This document shows positions 22,858 to 34,805 of a stretch of DNA of 64,000 bases, one piece after another. A model generated the notes under the pieces. It saw nothing but the letters and a program-made list of their open reading frames with translations. It had not been told where the DNA came from and did no database searches. The DNA comes from an uncultured Verrucomicrobiae bacterium (lineage in GTDB: Bacteria; Verrucomicrobiota; Verrucomicrobiia; Limisphaerales; JAFGQR01). Position numbers and translations under genes: made by a program. The DNA lies in assembly GCA_963788655.1 (NCBI GenBank), contig CAWBHS010000004.1, forward strand, positions 1 through 64,000, in the 5' to 3' direction. Each line of letters begins with the position of its first letter. Within the stretch, counting starts at the first letter, position 1.

Positions 22858-24218
22858 CTAATTGAGCCGGATGGCGCGTTGGATACGGATGGGCGGCGTG
22901 AGCTTCTGGCCATCGGCGGGAGCGGTGTGGATCTGCCGTAACACCTCCAGGCCCTTGACCACCTTGCCGAAGGCGGCAAAGCCCTGGCCGTCAGGATTGC
23001 GTTGTCCGCCAAAATCCAGTTCCGGTTGGTCGCTCAGGCAGATGAAGAAACTCGCCTGGGCGGTGTCCGGTGCGTCGCGAGCCATCGAAAGTGTTCCCTG
23101 CCGATGATGAAGGCCGGTGTCGCGTGTCCGTTCGAGCGGGATGGGCGCCAACCATTCTTTTTCCCGGGCCGGATCGCCCTGCACCTGTACCACTTCGATC
23201 TTCACGTTGTTCGTCGGCTGATTGGCCAGCGTTACGGTGCGGAAAAATGCCCCGTCGGCGTAGAAGCCTTCATGCACATAGTGGAGGAAGTTCTTCACCG
23301 TGACGGGCGCGCGTTGCGCTTCGAGTTCCACTTCAATGTCACCCAGTGCGGTTTGGATCAGCACGTGCGCGCATCCGGAATGGCTTCGGTACGCCAACGA
23401 AAACGTGGCGCCTGGGCAGGATCAAAACCTGCCAAATGCGCCCGTTCCACCGGTTCGCGCTCCATCGGTTTGCGATAGCGCCAGGGATTGTCACCAAACA
23501 CCTCGGCGCACAACCGGGCCAACGCCGGATCATATTCCTGCAACTCGCCCCGGGTGTTGACGTGATTGTGGAGGGCATCGTTCTGGCGATTGTTGTCAAA
23601 CCAATCCTGGACGCCTTCCGCCCAATACTCCTCCCGGTTGGTGCCGGCGTAAGTGCCTTTCCAGAGGCCGCGCTCCGTGGCGCTTTCATAAGCGACCTTC
23701 AGCCGCCGGTCAAACGCGGGATCGATGACCTTGAGTCCCAAGCCATGGATCGCATGCGCAAATTCGTGGATGAGGATGTTCTCGGTCGAATAGGGATCAC
23801 CGGGGAAGCACAACAGGTTTTCCTCGGCGCAACTGACCGGTGACCCGCCCAGTCCGCGGGCGCGGCGGTCCCAGAACACGCGCGGTTTGAGATGGGAATG
23901 CTCGGGCACATCGGTGGTGTATTCGTTCCAGGCCATCACCGTCAGGCGCACGTGATTGCTGGCCATGACGCGCAGGAAGTTTTCGCGCCCGGCCAGCATC
24001 CGTTGCAAGATCCAGGCTGCCTCCCGCAGGGCGTAGTCCGATACGTTCGTCGAACCAACAATGGCGAAACCGGCTACTGAGGTCTGTTTTTGATAAAATG
24101 GATCGAGTTGCAACTCGTGTCGCAAGGTATCCGGCACCGGGCCGACTGGGCCAGGTTGTGCCGAAAAAACCGTCGTGGCAAAGCTGCCCAAGAGAATCAA
24201 ACTGAAAGTTCTTATCAT
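22858..24218 (-). CDS. Secreted HExxH zinc-peptidase-like domain fused (across one indel near 23370) to a cyclophilin-type PPIase
   Basis: Signal peptide; RARGLGG, ENILIHEFAHAIH, EEYWAEGVQ; then IQTALGDIEVEL..APVTVKNF..Y..GFY, GTLSMAR, FFICL, GFAAFGKVVKG. Confidence 0.8.
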
Positions 24219-24300
24219 GCCATTGGCCTTTGGTTCAGGTGAACATTAGCGCGGTAGTTTAGCGTCAACTTGGTTTTGCACAGCTTAAAAAGCCGCTACA

Positions 24301-24372
24301 TGTAGCCGCCGACATGAGGAGGCGGAGAACGGGAAGTAGCATCAGATCCGCCTCCTCACGTCGGCGGCTACA
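24301..24372. repeat. REP-like hairpin with GTAG foot
   Basis: tgtagccgccgacatgaggaggcgga ... tccgcctcctcacgtcggcggctaca, near-perfect 26-bp arms. Confidence 0.8.
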
Positions 24373-24423
24373 GCGCCTGTGCATTTTTCGCGCTAGGAAC
24401 ATTCATCGACCGCCCAGACGCGC

Positions 24424-25594
24424 CTATGTGGCAGTGTGGGACGGTGACATGGTTCGCAGGTTGGTGATGATCAGGGGCAGGTGTTGCAGCAGGTAATCCA
24501 CGTTTTCGTCCGTATTGTAAATTCCCAGACTGAAACGCAGACTGCCCCGCGCTAATTCCGAGCTGACCCCCATAGCCGTAAGCACGTGTGAAGGTTCGAG
24601 CGATCCGGTCGTGCAAGCCGAACCGGTCGAAGCACATATTCCCAATTGGTCTAGCAGCATTAAGATGGATTCGGCTTCGACCCCTTCGAACCCCAGGTTC
24701 GATGTGTTCGGCAACCGTTGTTCCCGATTGCCGTTGAGGTGCGTGTACGGGATTGCCTCCACAATGCTGAGTTCCATCCGGTCTCGAAGTGAGCGAACAC
24801 GGGTGCTCATTTCGGAGAGCTTGCTCATCGCCATTTCCGCGGCGCGCCCGAATCCCACGATGTAGGGAACGTTTTCCGTGCCTGCCCGACGACCTTGCTC
24901 CTGATGCCCCCCCAAGAGATACGGTTTATACGGCGTGCGCCGTTTAATGTAGAGCAGGCCAATACCCTTCGGTGCGTGAAATTTGTGGGCGGACAGCGAT
25001 AAGAAGTCCACGCCGGCAGCTTGCACATCGATTCTGGTTTTACCGAGCGCCTGAACCGCATCGGTGTGCAGTAACGTTCCCCGCCGATGACAAAGCTCGG
25101 CGATTTGGGCGATGGGAAAGACCACGCCGGTTTCGTTGTTCGCCCACATCACGGACACAAGTGCCGTATCCGAACGAATGCTTCTGGCCAGCAGGTCCAG
25201 GTTCAATGAACCATCCGGTTCGACCGGGAGGAAGGTCACTTCGTACCCTTGCTGCCGGAGACATTCGCTACACTGGATCGTCGCTGAATGCTCAACGGCG
25301 GTCGTGACCAAGTGCCGCTTGCCGGGAGCAACCAGCAGCGCACTGTGCAGCACGGTGTTGATGCTCTCGGTGCCGCCACTGGTGAAGACCACTTCCTGCG
25401 GATCGGCATTGATCAGCGCCGCTACTTTGGCTCGCGCGTCCTCCAAATGCCCGGCCACCTTTCTTCCGAACTGGTAAGCGCTGGAAGCGTTGCCCCAGTC
25501 TCTCAGTCAGGAATGGCAACATGGCTGCCAAGACTTCCGGCGCCACGCGGGTGGTGGCGTTGTTGTCAAAATAGTGCAGCTTGGACGGGCTCAT
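24424..25594 (-). CDS. Cysteine desulfurase (NifS/IscS class), frameshift near 25490
   Basis: YFDNNATT, FTSGGTES, HTDAVQA, SAHKFH.PKG (PLP lysine), STGSACT. Confidence 0.93.
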
Positions 25595-25802
25595 AGTTCG
25601 GAATTCTGGGCCGGCAATCGTGCGAGGTCAACATCGCTCACCGCTGTGGATGAAAGCATCCGCGCTCCAACGAGGTGAAGCGTGCTGGCCGTCCAGTCGC
25701 TCTTGGAATTCGGCGACGCCGGCCCATCCAACTTAGAGCGAGATTGGATCCGCACACGAGATCAAATTCCCGAAAACTAATTGTAATCCTCAAAAATACC
25801 TG

Positions 25803-25831
25803 TTGACAGGATTGAGTGAGTAATGTATCAT
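25803..25831 (+). promoter_or_regulatory. Sigma70-type promoter for the cys cluster
   Basis: TTGACA-17 bp-TATCAT, 22 bp upstream of ATG 25854; the -35 lies within the imperfect palindrome cctgttgacagg. Confidence 0.7.
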
Positions 25832-25853
25832 AACAAACATTATTAAGTTAATC

Positions 25854-27536
25854 ATGAATACAGCAAATGAGCCTGTCAAACTGACGCACAACGAAATCAT
25901 CAAGGAAGCGAACCCGACTTTGGCTGGCGCTATTGCGGGAACGTTAAAGGATCCCGGTGCGGATCGATTTTCCGAGGATGACGTGCAATTTCTTAAGTTT
26001 CACGGCATTTACCAACAGGACGACCGGGATCTCCGCAAGACGGGCAAGAAATACATGTTCATGATCCGCGGGCGCATTCCGGGCGGGATTCTGGCCCCGG
26101 AGGGATATTTGCGTTACGACGAGTTGGCGACCCGATACGGCAACGACACCCTGCGTTTGACGACCCGACAAAGTTTTCAATTCCACGGTGTCGTCAAGAC
26201 CGGACTGGGGCCGTTGATGAAATCGCTGAACGAAGCACTGCTTTCGACATTGGCGGCGTGCGGCGATGTTAACCGCAACGTCATGGCGCCGGCCACGCCG
26301 GTGATCAACGGTTTGGGCAAGCGCGTTCATGAAGATGCTCAGCGAGTGGCGGATGCGCTCACCCCGCAGACCCGCGCCTATCACGCCATTTGGGTGGAGG
26401 GCGTGGAATTGGATTTGAAAGATGCCGCGGATCAGGATTTTGTCGATCCGCTATACGGGAAGAAGTATTTGCCTCGGAAATTCAAAGTGGCGTTCGCCAT
26501 TCCGCAGTTGAACGATGTGGACTTGTTCACCAATGATCTGGGTTTCATCGCCGTCGAGGAGAACGGTCAACTCATTGGATATAATGTGACGGCCGGTGGC
26601 GGCATGGGACGGAGTCATGGCAACCAGGCGACGTTCCCACGGGTGGCGGATCGGCTGGGTTTCATTCGGCCCGAACAAGTCGTTGAAGTGGCGAAGGCTG
26701 CCGTCACTATCCATCGGGACTTTGGCGACCGCACCAACCGCAAACACGCCCGGCTGAAATACGTGTTGGAAGAACGCGGCGTGGATTGGTTCCGCGCCGA
26801 AGTGGAAGCGCGGGCGGGAATCCAATTCGAACCGATGCGGGCTTTTGAGTTCGAGCGGCAGGGCGATTTGTTGGGCTGGCATCGGCAGCATGATGGGCAA
26901 TTGTTTTTGGGACTGTTTGTATTGAGCGGACGCATCAAGGATGCTGAGGGTTACCGGCTCAAATCTGCTTTGCGCGAGATCGTCGAACAATTCAAACCGG
27001 AAGTGCGCCTGACGCCATCGCAAAACATCATCCTGGCCGACATCGCCATCGAGAATCGGGAGGCGATAACCCGCCTCCTCGCCGAACACGGCGTGCCCGT
27101 GGACAACCAAGGCACCATCCTGCGCCGCGCCGCGATGGCGTGCCCGGCATTGCCGACGTGCGGACTGGCGCTGGCGGAAAGCGAACGTTATCTGCCGAAC
27201 TTCCTGGATCAGGTCGAAGCAGTACTGGGCGACTTGGGACTGGCGGACCAGGAAATCATCATTCGCATGACCGGTTGCCCAAATGGCTGCGCCCGGCCAT
27301 ATATGGCGGAGATCGGTTTGGTGGGCAAAGCGCCTGGTCGTTACCAGATCTGGCTGGGCGGCAACGTGGCCAGCACGCGGCTGAATCGGTTGCACCGGGA
27401 CAACGTCAAGGAAGCCGAATTGATCGGCGAACTGCGTGGGTTGCTCGAGCGTTACCAAAAAGAGCGCCTCGGTGCCGAGCGGTTCGGGGACTGGTGCGAA
27501 CGCGTGCTGTGGCCGGAGGCGGCCGTGGCAGCGTGA
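25854..27536 (+). CDS. cysI: Assimilatory sulfite reductase hemoprotein subunit
   Basis: LKFHGIYQQDDRD, ACGDVNRNV, YLPRKFK, CPALPTC...GCPNGC siroheme/4Fe-4S ligands. Confidence 0.95.
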   Translation: MNTANEPVKLTHNEIIKEANPTLAGAIAGTLKDPGADRFSEDDVQFLKFHGIYQQDDRDLRKTGKKYMFMIRGRIPGGILAPEGYLRYDELATRYGNDTLRLTTRQSFQFHGVVKTGLGPLMKSLNEALLSTLAACGDVNRNVMAPATPVINGLGKRVHEDAQRVADALTPQTRAYHAIWVEGVELDLKDAADQDFVDPLYGKKYLPRKFKVAFAIPQLNDVDLFTNDLGFIAVEENGQLIGYNVTAGGGMGRSHGNQATFPRVADRLGFIRPEQVVEVAKAAVTIHRDFGDRTNRKHARLKYVLEERGVDWFRAEVEARAGIQFEPMRAFEFERQGDLLGWHRQHDGQLFLGLFVLSGRIKDAEGYRLKSALREIVEQFKPEVRLTPSQNIILADIAIENREAITRLLAEHGVPVDNQGTILRRAAMACPALPTCGLALAESERYLPNFLDQVEAVLGDLGLADQEIIIRMTGCPNGCARPYMAEIGLVGKAPGRYQIWLGGNVASTRLNRLHRDNVKEAELIGELRGLLERYQKERLGAERFGDWCERVLWPEAAVAA

Positions 27537-27722
27537 GCCGGACGGTCTATTGTTGCGTTACCACGAAACTCTCGACCACCTGATTTGAAAGTCGTGCTAC
27601 CCCATCAATCCTGGCATAGCGGCGTCTCGGCAGATCGCCGCCATCATGTTCGAGAATTTGCGATGCTCTGCCGAGACGCCGCTACGGTTCAGGATGCCAA
27701 TGCGCTTTATTAAAAACTGAGC

Positions 27723-28454
27723 ATGTTGTCGCGCGAAGAAATCCAGGAGCTGAATCTGCGTTTCAACCAGGAACCCACCGAAGCTATCCTGCAATGGGCC
27801 TGGAAACGGTTTGGAACCCGGGCGGCCATTGGCACCAGTTTTCAAGGCGCCGGCCTGGTGATGATTCATCTGGCCAGCCAGGCGGGCCTTCAATTCCCGG
27901 TGTTCACGATTGATACGGGCTTGCTATTCCCGGAAACGGTGGCGTTGAAACAGCGGCTTGAAGAGTTCTTTGGTTTTCCCATCGAATCTTTAAATCCCGA
28001 CCTGACGGTGGAAGAGCAAGCCGACATTCATGGACCAGAACTGTGGCGCACCGAACCCGATCTGTGCTGCACGGTGCGCAAGGTGCTGCCGCTGCGCGAC
28101 CGGCTGAGCACGCTCGATTGCTGGATCACCGGCCTGCGCCGGCAGCAAAGCGATACCCGGGCGAACGTCGGCATTGTCGAACTCTACGCCTTTGACGAAA
28201 CCACCGGGCATGACATTGTGAAACTCAATCCGATGGCGAACTGGAAGCGCGAGGCGGTCTGGCAGTACATCCGCGAACACCGTATTCCGTACAATCCGTT
28301 GCAGGACCGAGGCTATCGCTCGATTGGTTGCCGGCCCTGCACTCGGCAGACGGCGGCGGGGGAGAACGAACGCGCCGGGCGGTGGACCGGCTTCAACAAA
28401 GTCGAATGCGGCATTCACACCTTCATGTCGAAGAAAGTTGATTTCCAAATTTAG
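27723..28454 (+). CDS. cysH: (Phospho)adenylyl-sulfate reductase, 4Fe-4S APS-reductase type
   Basis: [40 protein letters not shown]. Confidence 0.95.
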   Translation: MLSREEIQELNLRFNQEPTEAILQWAWKRFGTRAAIGTSFQGAGLVMIHLASQAGLQFPVFTIDTGLLFPETVALKQRLEEFFGFPIESLNPDLTVEEQADIHGPELWRTEPDLCCTVRKVLPLRDRLSTLDCWITGLRRQQSDTRANVGIVELYAFDETTGHDIVKLNPMANWKREAVWQYIREHRIPYNPLQDRGYRSIGCRPCTRQTAAGENERAGRWTGFNKVECGIHTFMSKKVDFQI

Positions 28455-28458
28455 GTCT

Positions 28459-29270
28459 ATGGACTACCTCTCCAAACTCGAGAACCAATCCATCTACATT
28501 TTCCGCGAGGCCTTCAACAAGTTCGAACGGCTGGCGATGCTCTGGAGCATTGGCAAGGACTCGACCGTGCTGCTGTGGCTGGCGCGCAAGGCTTTTTTCG
28601 GACACGTACCTTTTCCGCTGGTCCACGTGGACACCAGCTACAAGATTCCGAGCATGATCGAGTACCGCGACCGACTCTGCCGCGAATGGAACCTGCAATT
28701 GGTTGTCGGCAAAAACGAGGAGGCGTTGCGTGCCGGGCTGACCTTTCCCAACGGCAAAGCCACCCGGGTCGAATGCTGCGGCCGTTGAAGAAGGACGCGC
28801 TCAAAGCGGTGCTCGACCAGCACCAATTCAACGGCGTGATCGTGGGCGTGCGCCGCGATGAGGAGCCGACCCGGGCCAAAGAGCGTTACTTCAGTCCGCG
28901 CGACAAAAACATGGAATGGAACGCCGAAGACCAACCGCCCGAGTTGTGGGACCAATTCAAAACCGATTTCGAACCCGGCGCTCACATTCGCATTCATCCG
29001 TTGTTGCACTGGACGGAACTGAACATTTGGGAATACATCGAGCGCGAAAACATTCCGATCATTCCGCTCTACTTTGCCAACGACAAAGGCGAGCGCTATC
29101 GCAGCATCGGATGCTTTCCCTGCACGACTCCCATCAAGTCCCGCGCCGGGACCGTGCAGGAAATCATCGAGGAACTGCGAATCACCAAGGAACCCGAACG
29201 CGCCGGCCGCGCCCAGGACAAGGAGAGCGAAGACGCCTTCGAGAAACTGCGGCGCGACGGATACATGTAA
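28459..29270 (+). CDS. cysD: Sulfate adenylyltransferase subunit 2, frameshift near 28780
   Basis: [43 protein letters not shown]. Confidence 0.93.
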
Positions 29271-29294
29271 ACGCAAAATCATCATTCCCCTTTC

Positions 29295-31191
29295 ATGGCT
29301 CCCTCCGCCCCCGCTACCGAGCAACTGAAAATCGTCATCGTCGGCCACGTCGATCATGGCAAGTCCACCTTTGTGGGTCGGCTGTTTCACGACACCGGCT
29401 CGCTGCCCGAAGGCAAACTCGAGCAACTCCAAAAGATTGCCGAACGCCGCGGCGTGCCCTTCGAATGGGCCAACCTGATGGACGCTCTGCAGTCCGAACG
29501 CGACCAGAACATCACCATCGACACCGCGCAGATCTGGTTCCACACCGCAGAAGCGGCAATACGTGATCATTGATGCGCCGGGCCACAAGGAGTTCATCAA
29601 AAACATGGTGACCGGCGCGGCCAATGCCGAAGCCGCCTTGCTGCTCATCGACGCCCACGAAGGCGTCCAGGAAAATTCCCGGCGGCACGGTTACCTGCTG
29701 CATCTGTTGGGCATCCGCCAGGTTGTCGTGCTGGTGAACAAAATGGATTTGGCCGATTACCGCCAAAGCCGCTTCGACGAAATCGAAGTCGAATATCGTC
29801 ATTGGCTCAAGAGCATCGATCTGGAGCCCAAGCTGTTCATCCCCATCGCGGCCAAAACGGGTGACAACATTGCGCTGCTCAGCAAAAACATGCCCTGGTG
29901 GACCGGGCCGACCGTCGTGGAAGCGCTGGATGAACTGATCGTCTCTGAATTGCCGAAGGACCAGCCGTTGCGGTTTCCCATCCAGGACATTTATCGTTTC
30001 GACGAACGTCGAATTCTGGCGGGCCGCGTGGAGAGCGGAACGGTCAAGGTCGGTGATCGGCTGCTCTTTTCGCCCAGCAACAAAACCAGCGTCGTCAAGA
30101 CCATCGAACGTTGGAACGCTCCGTCCCACGATGAAGCGTCCGCCGGCGAAAGCATCGGCATCACACTGACCGAGCAAATCTTTGTCGAGCGCGGCGCGGT
30201 GGCGGCCCTCGAAACGGCGCCCCCGTACGAACTGGCCAAATTCAAAACGCGCGTGTTCTGGCTGGGCAAGCAACCTTTCAAGAAAGGCACGCGCTACAAA
30301 ATCAAACTGGCCACGCAGGAGGCTGAGTGCGAAATCGCCAGCATCGAAAAAGTCATCGACGCCTCGACGTTGAGCACGGTATCCCGCCAGCACAACGAAG
30401 TCTTTGTGGGACGGCACGAAGTCGGCGAAGTTACCCTCAAAACCAAGAAACCGCTCGCCTTCGATGCGGTGACCGAAATCATTCCCACGGGGCGTTTTGT
30501 CATCGTGGATGGCGTGGAAGTCTGCGGCGGCGGCATCGTGTTGGCAGACGATTACCCGCGCCGGTCCGCGGGGGGCGAACACAAGAGCGACAACATCTTC
30601 TGGAGCCAAGGCAAGATCACGGCCGAGCATCGCTCCCGCCGCAACGGCTATCCCGGTTGCGTGATCTGGCTGACGGGGCTGTCCGGCTCCGGCAAGAGCA
30701 CCATCGCCAACGAACTGGAGCGGGAACTCTTCAATCTCGGCAAGAATGCCTACGTCCTCGACGGCGACAATGTCCGCCACGGCTTGTGCAGCGATCTGGG
30801 GTTCAGTCCCCACGAACGCACCGAGAACATCCGCCGCGTGGGCGAAGTGGCCAAGCTGTTTGCGGACGCGGGCGTCATCTGCGTCACGGCGTTCATCTCA
30901 CCGTATCGCGAGGATCGCGACTTGGTGCGGCAGATGTTGCAGGTGGACCAGTTCGTTGAGGTGTTTGTCAATGCGCCGGTCGAGGTTTGCGAACAGCGTG
31001 ATCCCAAGGGACTTTACGCCAAGGCTCGCGCCAATGAACTCCAGGAATTCACCGGTATCTCCGCACCATACGAACCGCCGTTGAAACCGGAACTTGAACT
31101 CCTCACCGCCGAAGCGACCATCGAAACCTGCGTCGCCCGGATATTGGATCATCTCCATTTGCGCGACGTGGAAATGGCGATTTCGATTTAG
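29295..31191 (+). CDS. cysNC: Bifunctional sulfate adenylyltransferase subunit 1 / APS kinase, frameshift near 29550
   Basis: [18 protein letters not shown], then [29 protein letters not shown]. Confidence 0.93.
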
Positions 31192-31195
31192 CCCA

Positions 31196-31338
31196 GGGGA
31201 GCACAAGCGCCTCGCCGGTCGTTCGGCGCGCCTCGCGCCGAACATCGAATGGAATGCCGCGTCCAATCTGAGACGGGCGGTGAATAACGAGTCAACGGCG
31301 CGGTGCCGTTGACAACGCCCGGGGCGGGCGTGTTCTCC
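31196..31338. repeat. REP-like doublet between convergent genes
   Basis: Right arm matches the reverse complement of 4846-4894; left arm ggggagcacaagcgcctcgcc... Confidence 0.6.
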
Positions 31339-31348
31339 GGCGGGCCGG

Positions 31349-32563
31349 CTACAACAAATAACAAAACATCGCGTCGCGCAGCTTCGGCTCGAACCACGTG
31401 CTTTTGGGCGGCATCATTTCGCCGGCGTCGGCGATCGTCATGAGATCTTCGACGCTCGTGGGATACATGGAAAAGGCGCAGGCACACTCATGCTGGCGCA
31501 CGATCTTCTCCAATTCCGCCGGGCCGCGAATCCCGCCGACAAAAATGATCCGTTCACTTCTGCGGGGATCGTCGATGCCGAAGATCGGCTTGAGCACGTG
31601 TCTCTGGAGCAACGCCACGTCAAGTTGTTCCAGCACCTCGGCTGAGGAGGTCAGGTGCGGATGAAATTGCAGTTCGTACCACTTGTCGGCCAGGTACAGG
31701 CACAAGTCATGTTTGCGCGCCGGTTGGGTGGCGCCGGTTTCCCGGACGTCGCAGACGGCATCCAATTTGGCCAGCAACGTTTCGGGCGTGTGGCCGTTCA
31801 GATCTTTGAGCACCCGGTTGTACGGCAAAACGCGCAACTGGTTGTGGGGAAAAATCACCGTCAGGAAATATCGGCTGTTACCGCCACCTTTACGGGCTTG
31901 AAACACCCGCGCCGCCGCCGCCGTGCGATGGTGCCCGTCCGCGATGTACAAATACCGAATCCGCTCGAAGGTCTTTTGAATTAGCTCCACGTCCTCGTCA
32001 CAGACCAGCGACCAGGCGCTATGTCGCACACCGTCGGCCGCGACGAAATCCACCGTCGGCTCCGTGGCCGTGCGTTTGGCCACCAGTTCATCGAGCGCCG
32101 GCGCCGCGCGATAAATCAGAAAGGCCGGACCGGTTTGGGCATTCAATGCTTCGATGTGCCGAACGCGATCATCCTCCTTGTCCGGCCGGGTCGATTCGTG
32201 CTTGCGGATAATGTTGCGCAGATATTCCTCGCAACTGGCGACCGCCACCAGACCGGTTTGCGTGTGGTTGCCCTGGGTTTGGCGGTAAAGGTAAAAACCG
32301 GGCTGCACATCCTGACGCAGCCAGCCTTCGGAAAGAAACCGGGCGAAGTTGCGCTTGCCCTTTTCATACACCTGCGGATCGTGTGAATCGAGCGTCGCCG
32401 GCAGATCAATCTCCGGCTTGCTGACCCGGAAAAAACTGAAGGGATTGCCGGCCGCTTGTTCGCGCGCTTCATCCGCCGACAACACGTCGTAAGGCAGTTC
32501 GCAAATACGGACTGCCAGTTCGGGCCGCGGTCGCAACGCGGCAAAGGGTTTGATCGTCGCCAT
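31349..32563 (-). CDS. DUF1015 family protein
   Basis: MATIKPFAALRP, LPYDV, IRKHE.TRPDKE.DR, YIADGHHR, MPPKSTWFEPKLR. Confidence 0.9.
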   Translation of the reverse strand: MATIKPFAALRPRPELAVRICELPYDVLSADEAREQAAGNPFSFFRVSKPEIDLPATLDSHDPQVYEKGKRNFARFLSEGWLRQDVQPGFYLYRQTQGNHTQTGLVAVASCEEYLRNIIRKHESTRPDKEDDRVRHIEALNAQTGPAFLIYRAAPALDELVAKRTATEPTVDFVAADGVRHSAWSLVCDEDVELIQKTFERIRYLYIADGHHRTAAAARVFQARKGGGNSRYFLTVIFPHNQLRVLPYNRVLKDLNGHTPETLLAKLDAVCDVRETGATQPARKHDLCLYLADKWYELQFHPHLTSSAEVLEQLDVALLQRHVLKPIFGIDDPRRSERIIFVGGIRGPAELEKIVRQHECACAFSMYPTSVEDLMTIADAGEMMPPKSTWFEPKLRDAMFCYLL

Positions 32564-32937
32564 AAACTGAGGGCGGGAAACATAAAGGCTGCCCCGGCGG
32601 CAACGCACGCACAAAAAGCACATTGGGATCGCACTCGCTTCAAGCGCTGTCAACGGTGTCACCCCGTTGACTCGCAAACCGCCGCCGTTTTCAAATTGCG
32701 CGCCGTTCCATTCGCGTTCGGCGCGGAGCGCCCAACCAGCCAGCCAGCGAGCCGCATCGCCGATGCTCCTCAATACGTTTGGCTTGTTCCGGGGGCACGA
32801 CTTGGCATTCTGGGGACAGTGACCGCTGTACCGGGCCTAATCGGCAGATTACTTGCTGTGCTTTAGTGGAATTCTTGGTCAAAACCAACTGTGGTAAATG
32901 GATTTGAGACAGTTAAAACCATAACAAACATAACTAC

Positions 32938-33981
32938 ATGGAAACGAAACGACTCGTAGAACAGGACCCACCCTTGCAGAAGGATGACCTCATCGTCATC
33001 ACGGGCGGCGGCGGCTTTATTGCCGGTAATCTGGCGAAATATTTTTCGGACAAAGGATTCACCCGCATCCGGGCGGTGGACAAGAAGCCGCTTTATGAAT
33101 GGTATTTGCGGGTGCCCGGCGTCGAATCGCTCTGTCTGGATGTCAGTCAGGAAGTCAATTGTCGGCGCGTGTGCGAAGGCGCCGTCGAAGTGTATAACCT
33201 GGCCGCCGACATGGGCGGCATGGGCTTCATCGAGCGCTTCCGGGTCGAGTGCCTGCGGAGCATTCTGGTAAACACCCACATGATTGAAGCGGCTTACCGG
33301 GCTGGAGCGCGGCGCTATTTCTTTTCCTCGTCGGCCTGCGCTTACAATACCCTGCTCCAAAAAGATCCCAACGTGCGGGCCTTGAAGGAATCCGACGCCT
33401 ATCCCGCCATGGCCGAACGCGGTTACGGTTGGGAAAAACTCATGTCCGAAATGTTCTGCCAGGAATACTGGGCCGAACGCGGCATGAAGACCGCCATTGC
33501 GCGGTTCCACAATGTGTATGGTCCGTACGGCACGTGGGACGGCGGCCGCGAAAAGGCCCCAGCCGCGATCTGCCGCAAAATCATCGATGCGATCGACAAG
33601 GGACGCGACACGATTGATATCTGGGGCGACGGCTCCCAAACCCGCAGCTTCATGTATATCGAGGACTGCGTGAAGGGCATCGACATGATCATGCACTGCG
33701 ACGAGTTGATTGCCACGCCGATCAACCTTGGCTCCAGCGAAATGGTGTCCATTAACGAACTGGTGTCCAAAGTGGAGAAGATCGCCGGGGTCAAGTTGAA
33801 ACGGAACTACCAACTCGATGCCCCGAAGGGCGTGGCTGGCCGCAACAGCGACAACACGTTCATCAAGCAGGTGCTCAAGTGGGAACCCAACACCACCCTC
33901 GACGAAGGATTGCGCGCCACCTACAAGTGGATCAAGGAACAGTACGAAGCCCGCAAAAAGGGCAAACGCGTGGTTGAATGA
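32938..33981 (+). CDS. NAD-dependent epimerase/dehydratase, GDP-mannose 3,5-epimerase-like
   Basis: GGGGFIA, LAADMGGMGFI, SSSACAY, YGWEKL, GGREKAPAAICRK, GRNSDN. Confidence 0.88.
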   Translation: METKRLVEQDPPLQKDDLIVITGGGGFIAGNLAKYFSDKGFTRIRAVDKKPLYEWYLRVPGVESLCLDVSQEVNCRRVCEGAVEVYNLAADMGGMGFIERFRVECLRSILVNTHMIEAAYRAGARRYFFSSSACAYNTLLQKDPNVRALKESDAYPAMAERGYGWEKLMSEMFCQEYWAERGMKTAIARFHNVYGPYGTWDGGREKAPAAICRKIIDAIDKGRDTIDIWGDGSQTRSFMYIEDCVKGIDMIMHCDELIATPINLGSSEMVSINELVSKVEKIAGVKLKRNYQLDAPKGVAGRNSDNTFIKQVLKWEPNTTLDEGLRATYKWIKEQYEARKKGKRVVE

Positions 33982-34805
33982 ACAACCACGTACCGAACTC
34001 TTTGTCCAACCAAGCGCCCATTCCGATTACGGAAATCATCGGCAAGATCCCCCACCGCCTCGCACTGGCCGGCGGGTGGATCGATCAGCCGTTTGTCTCG
34101 CGCCACAATCCGCAACCGCCGGGCTCCATGGTGGTGGTTGCCTTGGAACCGTATTTCCCGGTCATGGATCGCGCCGGGTTTGCGACCGGCACCCGCGACA
34201 TTGCCCGGCGATTGTGGCACGACGAACTGCCCGCGCGACCTCCGGACGAACTTGTCCGCGAACTCTACGAAGCAGAGAACCGCGGCAAAGCCGAGCCTTC
34301 CGGTTCGCAAGACATGATTGGCCTGGTCTATCCGGGCATCAATCGACTGGACTACGACTTCAGCGCGCATGGCGGCATTTTTCCGGCGCATATCGAGTCG
34401 CTCAACGAACCGCGTGCGGCGCGGTGGCTTGAATCGGTGCTGCACGTGTTGCCGGTCGCGCAACGTCCGAGCGGCTACAATCCGTTGGGCGAAAAACATC
34501 TCGATCCACAATGGATCGCGCGGTTGGGCCAGTCGGGAAAAACTTGTTTCGACGCCATCCGCCGCATGGATCTGTCGGCGTTGGGCGCTGCGATGAACGA
34601 GTGCATGGCGTGCTGGGCGGCGATCCTGCCGCATACTATGCGACACGCCACGATCCGAGAAAATCTCCCGGGGCTGTTGCGCTCGTATCAGTCGAGGTAT
34701 CCCGGCGCCATGTATTCCGGCTGCGGTGGCGGGTACTTGTTTGTCGCTTCGGCGGAGCCGGTGCCGGGTGCCTTCAACGTGAACCTTCGTTTGGCCACAC
34801 CGTGA
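33978..34805 (+). CDS. GHMP-kinase-like protein
   Basis: P.RLALAGGWIDQP at the N-terminus, SGSQD, YSGCGGGYL at the C-terminus; ATGA overlap with the epimerase. Confidence 0.7.
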   Translation: MNNHVPNSLSNQAPIPITEIIGKIPHRLALAGGWIDQPFVSRHNPQPPGSMVVVALEPYFPVMDRAGFATGTRDIARRLWHDELPARPPDELVRELYEAENRGKAEPSGSQDMIGLVYPGINRLDYDFSAHGGIFPAHIESLNEPRAARWLESVLHVLPVAQRPSGYNPLGEKHLDPQWIARLGQSGKTCFDAIRRMDLSALGAAMNECMACWAAILPHTMRHATIRENLPGLLRSYQSRYPGAMYSGCGGGYLFVASAEPVPGAFNVNLRLATP

